Positions 1 through 9,275 of a stretch of 64,000 nucleotides of DNA are shown here, piece by piece. The stretch spans positions 5,030 to 69,029 of the forward strand of contig CAVRJE010000028.1 of assembly GCA_963721365.1 (NCBI GenBank). The letters run 5' to 3'. Every line of letters begins with the position of its first letter. Within the stretch, counting starts at the first letter, position 1. This DNA is from an uncultured Actinomycetota bacterium (lineage in GTDB: Bacteria; Actinomycetota; Thermoleophilia; RBG-16-64-13). A model generated the notes under the pieces. That model was not told the origin of the DNA. It made no database searches and saw only the letters and a program-made list of their open reading frames with translations. Position numbers and translations under genes: made by a program.

Positions 1-916
1 CGACCGTGTGGAGCAGAGGTTCTGATCCATTGCCACCCTGTGGTGCAGCACCGCCGGCTTGGTAGTGGCGTAGAGCCAGGCCGCCTCACGGATCTTGTCG
101 GCAGGCAACCAGGTGATCTCGGCCACCCGGTCCACCGGATACTCCGCTGCCCGGGCGGCAAGTTTGTCGAAGCCGACGCACCAACGCTCCACGAACTCCT
201 TGTCGTACAGCCGCTGCTCGATGACGAGGTTGATGAGACCGAGGACCAGCGCCGCGTCGGTGCCGGGCCGGATCTGCAGCCAGAGATCGGCCTTGCCCGC
301 CAGGTAGGTTCGGCGCGGGTCGACCACGATAAGCTTGGCTCCGTTGCTCACCCGCCCGCGCATCACGTCCCGGCCGCGCGGCGGGTGGGAGATCATCGGG
401 TTGGCGCCGAAGTATCAAGATGCACTTTGAGTTCTCATAGTCCGGCCCCCGCTCCATGAGCGTCGACGTCCCGATGGTTACGTTCTCGGCGATGAGCGAA
501 GGCGCGTAGCAGATGTGCAGGTCGCAACTGATGGCGTTCGGGCTGCCGAGCGCGTACGGTACCAGGTTGGAGACCCCACCCGCGCGCGGCCCCGTGCCCC
601 GCATGCCGCAGATGGCATCGGCGCCGTACCGTTCCTTGACCGCAGTGAGGCCCTGGGCGATGCCGTCCAGGGCCTCATCCCACGATACCTGCTGCCACTT
701 GCCTTCCCCCCGCTCGCCCACCCGTTTGAGCGGGTGGAGCAGGCGGTCGGGATGGTACAGACGTCCTATCTCGTTCGTGCCTTTGGTGCAGATGTACCCC
801 TTGTTGCTGGGGTGATTCGGATCGCCCTGCAACCGCACCACCCGGCCATCCTGCACGTGGGCGAGCACACCGCATTCGCTGTGGCACGACTGGCAGACTG
901 TTCGAACGACGGTCAC
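1..916 (-). pseudogene. Molybdopterin (bis-MGD) oxidoreductase catalytic subunit, N-terminal ~300 codons; 3' end off-window; frame broken near 408-415
   Basis: ORF 86..916 starts MTVVRTVCQSCHSECGV (CxxCxxxC 4Fe-4S domain of formate/nitrate-reductase-type Mo enzymes). After ...YENSKCILI the conserved continuation FGANPMISHPPRGRDVMRGRVSNGAKLIVVDPRRTYLAGKADLWLQIRPGTDAALVLG reads in a different minus frame down to base 1. Confidence 0.8.
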
Positions 917-956
917 AGGCCGATCCCCGGTTCCTTCGCGATCTGGAATCCCGCGC

Positions 957-1766
957 CTACGCCCACATGTTCATGCCGCAGGCGGCGACGATGGTCTGGC
1001 CGGTGATGGCGCTCGACTCGTCGCAGGCCAGAAACACGGCGGTCTGACCCAATTCGTATTCTTCTGTTGGACGGCCGAGGGAATACTGCTTCATCTCCAA
1101 CTTGATCTGCTCGTCGAGGGAGATGCCCTTGACGTCGGCCCGGCCCTGCATGACCCGGACAAAACGGGGGCCCTTGACGGCGCCGGCCGAGATGCAGTTG
1201 ACCCGGATGCCGTGCGGACCGCACTCGCGGGCCAGGGTCTCGGTGAGGCCGAACACGCCCATCTTGGCGCAGCAGTAGCCGGCCCGCATTGGGTAGCCCG
1301 AACGGCCGTCGCCGGAGCGGCCGCCTTCGGCTCCGATGTTGATGATAATGCCACCCTTGCCGGCCGGGACCATGAACTTGAGGACTTCACGAGCGGCCAG
1401 CATGCTGCCGGTGAGGTCCACTCCAATGATCTCGTTCCAATCATCCAGGCTCAGATCCCACACGTAAGCGGTGGGGCCGCCGATGCCCGAGTTGTTCACC
1501 AGGATGTCGATGTGCCCGTAGGCGTCGATGGCGGTCTTGACGGCGTTGATGACGTCCTGTTCCTTGAGGATGTCCATGGGGATGGCGAGCGCCCGGCCCC
1601 CCATGGCCTCGAATTCCTTGACGGTGGCGTTCATGTTCTCCTGGTTGCGCGCCGCCAGGCATACGATGGCGCCCTCTTCCACAAAGCTCTTGGCGATGGC
1701 CTTGCCGATGCCCGAGCCGCCCCCGGTTATGAATGCCACTTTGTCTTTCAGTCTTTCGTAACCCAT
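957..1766 (-). CDS. Short-chain dehydrogenase/reductase (SDR) family oxidoreductase
   Basis: Uninterrupted 269-aa ORF with the TGGGSGIGKA Rossmann motif, NNSG, and YCCAK (YxxxK) catalytic motif. The stop codon is TAG. Confidence 0.9.
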   Translation of the reverse strand: MGYERLKDKVAFITGGGSGIGKAIAKSFVEEGAIVCLAARNQENMNATVKEFEAMGGRALAIPMDILKEQDVINAVKTAIDAYGHIDILVNNSGIGGPTAYVWDLSLDDWNEIIGVDLTGSMLAAREVLKFMVPAGKGGIIINIGAEGGRSGDGRSGYPMRAGYCCAKMGVFGLTETLARECGPHGIRVNCISAGAVKGPRFVRVMQGRADVKGISLDEQIKLEMKQYSLGRPTEEYELGQTAVFLACDESSAITGQTIVAACGMNMWA

Positions 1767-1792
1767 GATCCGTTCGCTCCTTCTGGGGTTGG

Positions 1793-2408
1793 TTAGAGGT
1801 GGGCGATGACGTCGTCGGTGGTGGTCACCAGCGCGATCGCCGGAAGCATCGCCTTGAAGATGACCTCGTGCAGTTCCTTGTTGCCGTCGGTGGCCGTGTC
1901 CGAGGGAACGATGATGTTGTAGAAGCGGTCGGCCAGGGCAAACGCCGCCACCCCCACCGCCATGCCGGTGGCTACCCCGGCCAACACGATGGTCTCAATG
2001 CCCTTGTCGGCGAGGTACTTCTCCATCTCGTTGCCCTGGAAGATTCCGAAGGGCCAGTTGTAGAAGAGCGGCTCCCCCGGCTGAGGCTTGAGTTCGTCGA
2101 TGACCTCGACGTCGGGGGTGCCTTGGTAGTTGACCCTATGTTTGCGACAAGCGACGGCCAGAAGCGCCCGTACACCGGCAGCTTGGTGCCTTCGGGCGTA
2201 TAGGCGTTGACGAAGACCACCGGAGGCCCTTGGCCCGAAAGGCCGCGAGCAGCTTCTCCATGTTGGGGATGATCTTGTCCTCTTCGGTGGCCCGGATGTG
2301 GCCCAGAGGCTCCAGCACGCTCGGAGCCTTGACGATGGCGTTCTGCATGTGCACGAAGAGCAGGGCGGTCTTGCCCACCAACTCCCATTCGGGTGCTGCC
2401 GCGACCAT
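1793..2408 (-). pseudogene. Isochorismatase-family (cysteine) hydrolase, two frame changes (~2225, ~2140)
   Basis: Three minus-frame pieces join into one protein. They are MVAAAPEWELVGKTALLFVHMQNAIV...LLAAFRAKG, then PVVFVNAYTPEGTKLPVYGRFWPSLVANIG, then VNYQGTPDVEVIDELK...IETIVLAGVATGMAVGVAAF...VIAHL. The ATG at 2408 abuts the upstream stop (TAGATG). Confidence 0.75.
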
Positions 2409-3607
2409 CTAGACCACCACCAGTTCTTGCGGATAGTCGTGGATCTTGTAGGAGCCGCTCGGCGCCCACGATGTAGTTGTCGCAGGCGATGCACCACACG
2501 CGGCCGGGCTTGACCAACACCGGGTGGATGGCGATGTTCATGCCTTCCACGATGTCCCAGGGATCGTCCAGCCGGATGCTCGGCCGCTCCACCAGGGAGT
2601 AGCCCTGGCCGTGCATGAAGGAGCGGCTGGGCGGAGCGTAGCCGTGGTCCACCATGAAGGCACGGGCGAGGGTGTAGAGGTCTTTGCAGCTCGCGCCCGG
2701 CACGGTCTTCTCGGCCAGGAGGTGCTGGCACTCAACGGCGTACTTCCAGGCGTCGGCCAGTTCCTTGTCGGGCTCGCAGCCCACGCAGAAGCTGCGGCAC
2801 AGCTCGGTGTACATGCCGCCGGGCCCGTTGGTCTCGTTGAGGACGGTCAGCTGGTCGCCCTTCTCGATGACCTTGCCCTGCAGGTGATAGGGCTCGAAGG
2901 GAGCGAAGGTGCCCATGGCGCCGGACTTCACCAGCACCAGGCCCCGGCCGCTGCCGTGGGAAGACATGTACCAGTGCGTCGCGGCATACATGTCGACGTC
3001 GCGCATGCCCGGCTTGATGAGGCCTTTGATGTAGTCGAAGGAATCGTCCTGGATCTTGGCGGTCTTCTTGGCGATTTCGATCTCGTAGGGGCTCTTCTTG
3101 GCCCGAGGACGTCGATGTACTCGGTGGCGTCGACGAAGGTCGCCTCGGGCAGGTTCTCCTGAAGGTAGCCGGCCAGTGTCATGGGGATGGTGGTCGGCTC
3201 CACCCAGCCGATGGTGGCCTTGGGCTTGTCCTTCATGGCCTCGTAGGCCAGCTTGGCGTCGTAGTAGGTTGGTGAAGCTGTGGGTGGTGAAGTAGACGTC
3301 GCCCCAGTTGTTCTTGACGCCCCTGGACGCCCCACTTGGGCGGGAAGGCCTGCGGCAGAGGGACTTCGTTGCCGCAGTTGATGATGGTCATGTCCTCATC
3401 GACGGCGAAGATGACGCTCATGGGAAACTGGTGCCGGGCAGTCCAGTCGGTGAACCAGCGGAGCTGCCCCCCCATGAACTCCTCCTGGCTCTGCATCACC
3501 AGGTAGTCGATCTTCTTCTCGCGCATCACGGCGCGCACGGCGTCCCAACGACGCTGCATCTCCTCGTCGGGTGTGGGATCTAGGAACGCTCCTCCGGGAT
3601 TCTCCAC
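2409..3607 (-). pseudogene. M24-family metallopeptidase (creatinase / Xaa-Pro aminopeptidase-like), at least 3 frame changes
   Basis: The N-terminal creatinase-like domain is MENPGGAFLDPTPDEEMQRRWDAVRAVMREKKIDYLVMQS (ORF 3233..3607). The middle is TIGWVEPTTIPMTLAGYLQENLPEATFVDATEYIDVLG (2928..3335). The pita-bread domain is MRDVDMYAATHWYM...HGQGYSLVERPSIRLDD...AIHPVLV (1972..3006). The last codons SGSYKIHDYPQELVVV-stop lie in another frame. Confidence 0.75.
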
Positions 3608-3639
3608 AACGAACCTCCTTGCGACTCTACCGCTGTCAG

Positions 3640-3658
3640 CGTTTCATTATTCGAAACG
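3640..3658. promoter_or_regulatory. Inverted repeat CGTTTC-N7-GAAACG in the divergent M24/iclR intergenic region (candidate IclR operator)
   Basis: The sequence cgtttcattattcgaaacg sits between divergent starts at 3607 (-) and 3736 (+). IclR regulators commonly bind palindromes in their own promoter region. Confidence 0.25.
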
Positions 3659-3735
3659 ACTGGTGCTATTATTGGAACCCACCATAACTCTCGGCACGCT
3701 GCCTGTCAACGAACACGACTGTTCTGGAGGACGGC

Positions 3736-4578
3736 TTGAACGCGAGCGGCATCGACCCGATGACCTCCCGCCGCGGCCAGCGAGGACTCTTCCGTCTCCC
3801 TCGCGCACCCTGGAAAAAGGCCTGCAAGTGCTCAGTCTCTTTGACGTCACCCACCCGGAGTGGACCCTCAAGGACATCCGGGAGACGGCCGGGCCTTCCC
3901 AAGGCCACCGGCTTCCGTCTGGTCAAGACGCTGGAGAACCTCAAGTACCTCGCGTTCGACCCGAAGACGGGCACGTACCACCTGGGCTCGGCCATGATGA
4001 AGGCCGCCTACCTCACGCAGACCCACGCGGCGCTGGTGGGCGCCGCCGAGCCCTACATCCAAGCCCTGGCCGACGCCACCACCGAGACAGTGGACCTCTC
4101 CGTGCCCACCGACCAGGGCGCCATGATCGTCCACACGGTCTATTCGTCGCGTCCGTTCCGCCCATACAACCCGCCCGGCCTGACCATGGCCGGGCTGGAC
4201 AACGTGCACTGCAAGATCTTCGTCGCGTTTGGACCGCAGACCCTGTGGGGCACAGCCATCGCCAACACCGTCCCCCGCACGGCGCTCAGCGTCACCGATC
4301 CCGACCGTCTGGCCGAGGAACTCGCGGAAGTGCGCCGGCAAGGAGTGGCTTTCGGGCTCGAGGAGCACAAGCTCGGGATGTGCGCGGTCGGCGCTCCCGT
4401 GTTCGATTCGACCGGCGACGTTCGGGCGGCCCTGGCCGTCGTGGTGCCGGTGGAGCGCTTCGGCGAAGCGGAGAGCCGCAGGTATGCCGCCGCTGTCATC
4501 GAGGAGGCGGTTGGCCTGTCGCGGGAGCTGGGCTATGCAGTTCACCGGCCGGGCCATCAGATCTCTACCGCCGAGTAG
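3736..4578 (+). pseudogene. IclR-family transcriptional regulator, two compensating frame changes (~3790 and ~3895) in the HTH region
   Basis: The effector domain is intact in ORF 3736..4578 (GFRLVKTLENLKYLAFDPKTGTYHLGSAMM...VGAPVFDSTGDVRAALAVVVP). The winged-helix part RTLEKGLQVLSLFDVTHPEWTLKDIRETAG reads in the frame of ORF 3573... The start is TTG at 3736, 6 nt after GGAGGA. Confidence 0.8.
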
Positions 4579-5402
4579 AGGCCCAGCAAGCAGGCAGCCT
4601 GCAGCACCCCTCCTCCGACCACGAGAGCCTTGTCCGACACGGCGTAGCAGTCGCGGAGGGTCGCTCCCGGGTCCACGTCGCCGAGTTTGAAGCCGGCCGT
4701 GACCTTCAGACCTCCCCGGAGCAGCCCTCGGACGATTCCGTCGAGCTGCGAGACGACTTCCGCCATGCGGATCGTCCCGTCTGCCGATCCGTCGACCATG
4801 CCGTGGACCATCCCGACGACTTCGCCCTTCTCCACCCCGTCGCCTATCTTCCGTATGGGGATGAACACACCGTCGATAGGGGAACGCAGGATCCGCTCCT
4901 TGCCGAACCCATGCCTCTCGGCCGGTATTCCCGTGTCGGGAAGGGCGGTACCTTCGGTCAGCACGCGGCCGAGCGTCGGTCCCCGCATGGTCTCCACAAC
5001 CGCGTGTGCGTCTCGCCCGGCGACGAATCCGGGGCCGAGGGCTACCACGATCGGCGCATCGGTGATGCGCGTGCCCAGGTTGCGCTTGGCGATTATGGCG
5101 TCTACGAGCAACTCGGGCTTCAACCGGCGCCGTATGCGCGCCTCCGGATCGACCAGTACCGGCACGACGCCCTGCGCGAGGAGACCGGATACGTCTTGCT
5201 CCTGAGCAAGGACGCCCACCAGACCCTCCACCTCTACCCTACCCTCATAGACGGCCTCAGCCAGAGCCACCTTCCGGCGGACGACCGTGGGCTGCGGCGT
5301 CTCGGTCATGACGACCGAATACCCGGCGCGTGCCAGACGGAGAGCGACGCCGGTGGCCAGGTCGCCCGCTCCTTTGATGAGGGCTATCCGGCGGTGTTCC
5401 AC
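4557..5402 (-). CDS. yqeB: YqeB-family selenium-dependent molybdenum hydroxylase maturation protein
   Basis: VEHRRIALIKGAGDLATGVALRLARAGYSVVMTETPQPTVVRRKVALAEAVYEGRVEVEGLVG matches the short YqeB family pattern (IRGAGDxATGVAhRL...P.viRR.V.faeAvY.G). The GTG start at 5402 overlaps the stop of the upstream XDH gene. The ORF is uninterrupted. Confidence 0.75.
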   Translation of the reverse strand: MEHRRIALIKGAGDLATGVALRLARAGYSVVMTETPQPTVVRRKVALAEAVYEGRVEVEGLVGVLAQEQDVSGLLAQGVVPVLVDPEARIRRRLKPELLVDAIIAKRNLGTRITDAPIVVALGPGFVAGRDAHAVVETMRGPTLGRVLTEGTALPDTGIPAERHGFGKERILRSPIDGVFIPIRKIGDGVEKGEVVGMVHGMVDGSADGTIRMAEVVSQLDGIVRGLLRGGLKVTAGFKLGDVDPGATLRDCYAVSDKALVVGGGVLQAACLLGLYSAVEI

Positions 5403-6672
5403 CCGCTCATCTCCGCCACTTTGTCGAGACAGGCCTTGATGCCGACCGAGCGCATGGCCTGACCGGTCGCCGCACGGTCGCCGTCCTTCATCAGGTTCTT
5501 CATACGGAGTTCCAGGCAGTCCATGCCCAGTTCCTCGGCGATGATGTCCATCATCACCTCGATGGCGAACGTGGGCTGAGACATCCCGAAACCGCGGAAC
5601 GCCGCGCTCCGGCACTTGTTCGTATACACGACCAAGGTGTTCGCCCGGTGGTTGGGAACATTGTACGGGCCTGCGCCGATGAGGGTGCATTTGCTCATGG
5701 TGATCATGGTCGTGGAGGCGTAGGCGCCGGTGTTGCTTATGCCGTCACGACTGACGGCCATAAGGGTCCCATCCGATCTCACACCCACCTTGTAGGTGAA
5801 GTAGACGGGGATCTTGGTCGACGTGAACAGGAAATCCTCATGAGTCGTAAGCGCCCATTTGACCGGCCTACCCACCTTCATGGCGAGCACGGCCAGGTTC
5901 GGCTCGATGCTGATGTCGTTCTTCTGCCCGAAAGCGCCGCCGATGGGCGTCGAACTGACCCTCACCCGGTTGAGCGGCAGCCGCAGGGCTTTTGCGATGG
6001 CCGGCTGGTGCCAGAAGGGCATCTGGGAGTTGCCGATGATGGTGATGCGGTCGGGACCTTCCGGCTTGGCGATGAAGGCATGGGGTTCGATCGGGGCACA
6101 GCGCTGGGCGGAAGTACCGAACGTGCGCTCCACGATGAGGTCGGACTCACCAAAACCTTTCTCCACGTCGCCGTGCGACAGGAAGAACGACTCATGGCCG
6201 TGTGGCAGGACCTGGTTGCCTCTGCACCATTTCCCTTGGCCGTGTTCGTGGAGGATCGGGGCATCCGGTTTGAGCGCCTCTCGAGGATCGAACACGGCCG
6301 GAAGCCGCTCGTAGTTGACCTTGATGAGTTCCACCGCCTCCTGGGCGATCTCCTCGGTGTCGGCGGCCACCAGAGCGACTATCTCTCCCCTGTACCGGAC
6401 CTTGTCATCCGCGAACACCGGCTGGTCTGGGATGATGAGGCCGTTGACGTTATCCGGAGCGTCCCTCGCAGTCGCTATCCCTCTCACGCCGGGCAGCCGT
6501 TCGGCCGCGCTCGTGTCGAGATCGATGATGCGAGCGTGATGCTCGGTGCTCAGCAACGGCTTGGCGTAGAGCATGTTGCGCAGATGGAGATCGTTTGCGT
6601 ACTCCACCTTGCCTGTCACCTGCTGGTAGGCATCGATCCTTGGGCGGCTCTTTCCGATCTCTGCGTAGTCCA
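5384..6672 (-). CDS. Xanthine dehydrogenase-family molybdopterin-binding subunit, N-terminal half only (NdhL-like)
   Basis: MDYAEIGKSRPRIDAYQQVTGKVEYANDL...RYRGEIVALVAADTEEIAQEAVELIKVNYERLP...GGAFGQK...FRGFG. It ends (...IKACLDKVAEMSGWNTAG) where full-length subunits continue. The ATG at 6672 follows GGGGAG. Confidence 0.85.
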
Positions 6673-6687
6673 TGGTAAGAACTCCCC

Positions 6688-7170
6688 TCAGCGTTTCGAC
6701 GCTGTGTCGCGCAACTCTTGGGCCGCGGCGAGCACCGCTTCCACAGGCTTGACGTACCCTGTGCACCGGCACAGGTTGCCCGATAACCCTTCCTTGACCT
6801 CCTCATATGAGGGGTCCGGATTAGCGTCCAGCAGGGCCTTGGCAGCCATGATCATGCCCGGTGTGCAGTAGCCGCATTGGCTTGCCGAAAGGTCCTTGAA
6901 GTACTTCTGCAGCGGGTGGAGACCCGCACTGCCGAGACCGTCGACGGTCTCGACCGCCTTGCCGTGGATGGAAGCGGCCAGTACGAGACAGGCGTTGACG
7001 GCCTTGCCGCCCAGTATCACCGTGCAGGCTCCGCACTCTCCCTGCTCGCAAGAGCGTTTGGGGCTGGTCACCTGCAGGCGGTCGCGCAGAAGCTCGAGCA
7101 GGGTCGTGTTGGACTCCACCGTCAGCGCTTTGTCCTCACCGTTGAGAACGAACCGTATGTCATGCTTCAT
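6688..7170 (-). CDS. XDH-family [2Fe-2S] iron-sulfur small subunit
   Basis: MKHDIRFVLNGEDKALTVESNTTLLELLRDRL...CEQGECGACTVILGG...ASQCGYCTPGMIMAAKALL...GNLCRCTGY carries both classic 2Fe-2S cysteine clusters. Confidence 0.9.
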   Translation of the reverse strand: MKHDIRFVLNGEDKALTVESNTTLLELLRDRLQVTSPKRSCEQGECGACTVILGGKAVNACLVLAASIHGKAVETVDGLGSAGLHPLQKYFKDLSASQCGYCTPGMIMAAKALLDANPDPSYEEVKEGLSGNLCRCTGYVKPVEAVLAAAQELRDTASKR

Positions 7171-7183
7171 CTCTGCCCACTCC

Positions 7184-9124
7184 CTATTCCGCCGCCGAAG
7201 CGGTCTCGGCTTGCGCTTTTTGCTGCAGGGCCCGCAGGATCTTCTCCGGCGAGGCCGGCATGTCCAAGAGGCGCACTCCCACCGCATCGTAGATGGCGTT
7301 GAACACAGCAGGCGCCCCGCTGTTGGCGCAGATCTCGCCGGCCGCCTTGGCGCCGAAAGGCCCCTCGGGATCATGCACCTCCACGTAGGCCCCGTGCATC
7401 TCCGGAAGGTCCATCGACGTGGCTATGGCATAGCTCTCCAGATCGACTGGCATGAAGTCAGGGTTGTAGTCCTCCGGCGGCTCGATCGAATTGATGAGGC
7501 CGGGGTGGCCGTCTTCGCGCAGGGCCCATCCGACGGCCTGCAGCGCGCCGCCCTGCACCTGGCCCTCGACCGCTGCCGGGTTGATCGCCTTGCCGCAGTC
7601 GACCGCCGCGTAGAGCTTGGTCACCTCGGCGACGCCGGTCTCGGTGTCGACTTCGACCTCGGCGACGGTGGCGTGGTAATAGAAGGCGGCGATGCTGTCG
7701 CCCTGCATGTTCTCTCCCGCGGCGGTGCTCTTGGGGTAGAAGTACGCCGTGCCTATGGGCAGCTTCTTCAGCGCGAAATGGGCGAACCGGGCAGCCGCCC
7801 CGATCGGCATGCGCCGCTCGGGATCGTACACGTCTCTGATGAAGCCGGGCTCCAGCGTCAGGTTCTCGGCGTCGACACCCAGATGCACCGCCGCCGCCTG
7901 GAAGAGGACTTGCTTCACCTGCGCCGCGGCCTTGAGGAGTGCGTTACCGCCGACAAACGTACCGCGCGAGCTGACCGTCCCGAAATCGTACGGTGTCGTG
8001 CCGGTGTCGGCGGTATAGACGGTCACGTGTTCATAGGGGACCGCTAAGGCTTCGGCCGTCATCTGGGTGATGACCGTGGTGGAGCCCTGACCCATGTCGA
8101 CGATGCCGATCTGCACGACCACGGTGCCGTCCTCGCGCATCTGCAGGTTCACGGCACAGGGATTGGGGAAGCCCGGAGGAGTCATGGAGTAGATGGCGCC
8201 CGCGATGCCCCTGCCCGTCTTCTTCTTGGCCGCCCTCTGTGCGGAGAAGTCCTGACCGGTGGCCTGCGCGAGCGCGTCTTCGACGGCTCGCGCCGCCAGC
8301 ACGGCGGCCACCTCGCACCGATACCAGGCGCTGGCCCGCCGGGCCCGAGGACTCGGGCAGGCATCCCCGCCGGCCAGATAGCAGACCTTGTCGATCTCAC
8401 CAAGAACGGCGGGCATGCCCCGCAAGGCTTCCTCGAAGCTCGTCGAGTGCATGACCGTCGCCCCCAACGAGCCCAAGACCACGCTCACCTTCTCAAAGGT
8501 CTTGCCGTCTTCGCTCAATACTACGGAGGCGGCAGCCGAGGCCGTGGAGATGGTCATCGCTTTCCGCCTGCCCAGCTTCTGAAAGCCGGAACCGCTCTTG
8601 CCCCTGGGTATGGGGATCGCCACTTCGATGATCAGCTCGCCGGGCATCAGCGCCGTCTGTTGCGATCCCACGAGGAATTCTTCCATCGACAGCTCGCGTT
8701 CGCCCTGCGGTCCGCGGAGCTTGACTTTGCCGTCGAGGGCCGCCACACCCAGGATGAGGTCCCCGGCAGGAGTGGCCGTCCCCAGATTGCCCCCGATAGT
8801 GGCCAGGTTGCGCACCACGGGTCCGGCGCAGCTGCGCGCCGCAAGAGCGAGAGCGGTCGCCTTCTCTTCCACCAGCGTCGATTTAGCCAGTTCGGCTTGG
8901 GTCGTCAAGGCTCCCACCCGCAGGTATCCGTCTTCCTCGCGGATGAACCGGAGCTCGTCGAGGCCACCGAGGTATACCAGGTATTCAGGGCTGATCTCGC
9001 GCCGGTTCATCCAGACGAGAACGTCGGTGCCGCCGGCGACCACGACGGCCTTGGGACCAAGTCTGGCAAGCAACTCCAGAGCCTCGGGGACGCTGTTTGG
9101 CGCCAGATAGTCGAAATCTCTCAT
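7184..9124 (-). CDS. Fusion: XDH-family FAD-binding subunit (aa 1-~290) plus C-terminal half of the molybdopterin subunit (NdhM-like, aa ~300-646)
   Basis: The N-terminal part has AGGTDVLVWM, TIGGNLGTATPAGD and RASAWYRCEVAAVLAARAVEDAL (CO-dehydrogenase flavoprotein domains). It continues in frame with KKKTGRGIAGAIYSM...VDMGQGSTTVITQMTAEAL...YHATVAEVEVDTETG...GPFGAKAAGE. This is a single uninterrupted 646-aa ORF. Confidence 0.85.
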   Translation of the reverse strand: MRDFDYLAPNSVPEALELLARLGPKAVVVAGGTDVLVWMNRREISPEYLVYLGGLDELRFIREEDGYLRVGALTTQAELAKSTLVEEKATALALAARSCAGPVVRNLATIGGNLGTATPAGDLILGVAALDGKVKLRGPQGERELSMEEFLVGSQQTALMPGELIIEVAIPIPRGKSGSGFQKLGRRKAMTISTASAAASVVLSEDGKTFEKVSVVLGSLGATVMHSTSFEEALRGMPAVLGEIDKVCYLAGGDACPSPRARRASAWYRCEVAAVLAARAVEDALAQATGQDFSAQRAAKKKTGRGIAGAIYSMTPPGFPNPCAVNLQMREDGTVVVQIGIVDMGQGSTTVITQMTAEALAVPYEHVTVYTADTGTTPYDFGTVSSRGTFVGGNALLKAAAQVKQVLFQAAAVHLGVDAENLTLEPGFIRDVYDPERRMPIGAAARFAHFALKKLPIGTAYFYPKSTAAGENMQGDSIAAFYYHATVAEVEVDTETGVAEVTKLYAAVDCGKAINPAAVEGQVQGGALQAVGWALREDGHPGLINSIEPPEDYNPDFMPVDLESYAIATSMDLPEMHGAYVEVHDPEGPFGAKAAGEICANSGAPAVFNAIYDAVGVRLLDMPASPEKILRALQQKAQAETASAAE

Positions 9125-9209
9125 ACTGCTCCTACCTCCCGGGTCTACCCCTCGTCACCATCTGACCAGTCACGTTCTCACGCTCCGTGTGCTCGTCAGC
9201 GTTGCGCAG

Positions 9210-9244
9210 GCCGGACGTGCCTCGAGTTCGACAGCACGTCCGGC
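9210..9244 (-). terminator. Perfect 11-bp stem hairpin downstream of the enoate-reductase gene
   Basis: GCCGGACGTGC-N13-GCACGTCCGGC lies 32 nt after the stop at 9276. No U-tract follows. Confidence 0.35.
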
Positions 9245-9275
9245 TCAAGCCTACCTAAGTTGCCTCGCCGGCGCA

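Noticed and set aside
3573-5462. Very long ORFs in the track that overlap recognised genes on the opposite strand or in another frame. Examples are 3573..5462 (+), 5648..6871 (+), 9189..10793 (+), 12508..13818 (-), 20192..21895 (-), 28339..30306 (-), 37820..39250 (-), 39702..42308 (-) and 50496..51638 (-).
   Set aside because: Their translations are Arg/Pro/Gly/His-rich low-complexity sequence with no family resemblance, and each is the shadow of a well-supported gene. In GC-rich DNA stop codons are rare in all frames, so ORF length carries no weight here.
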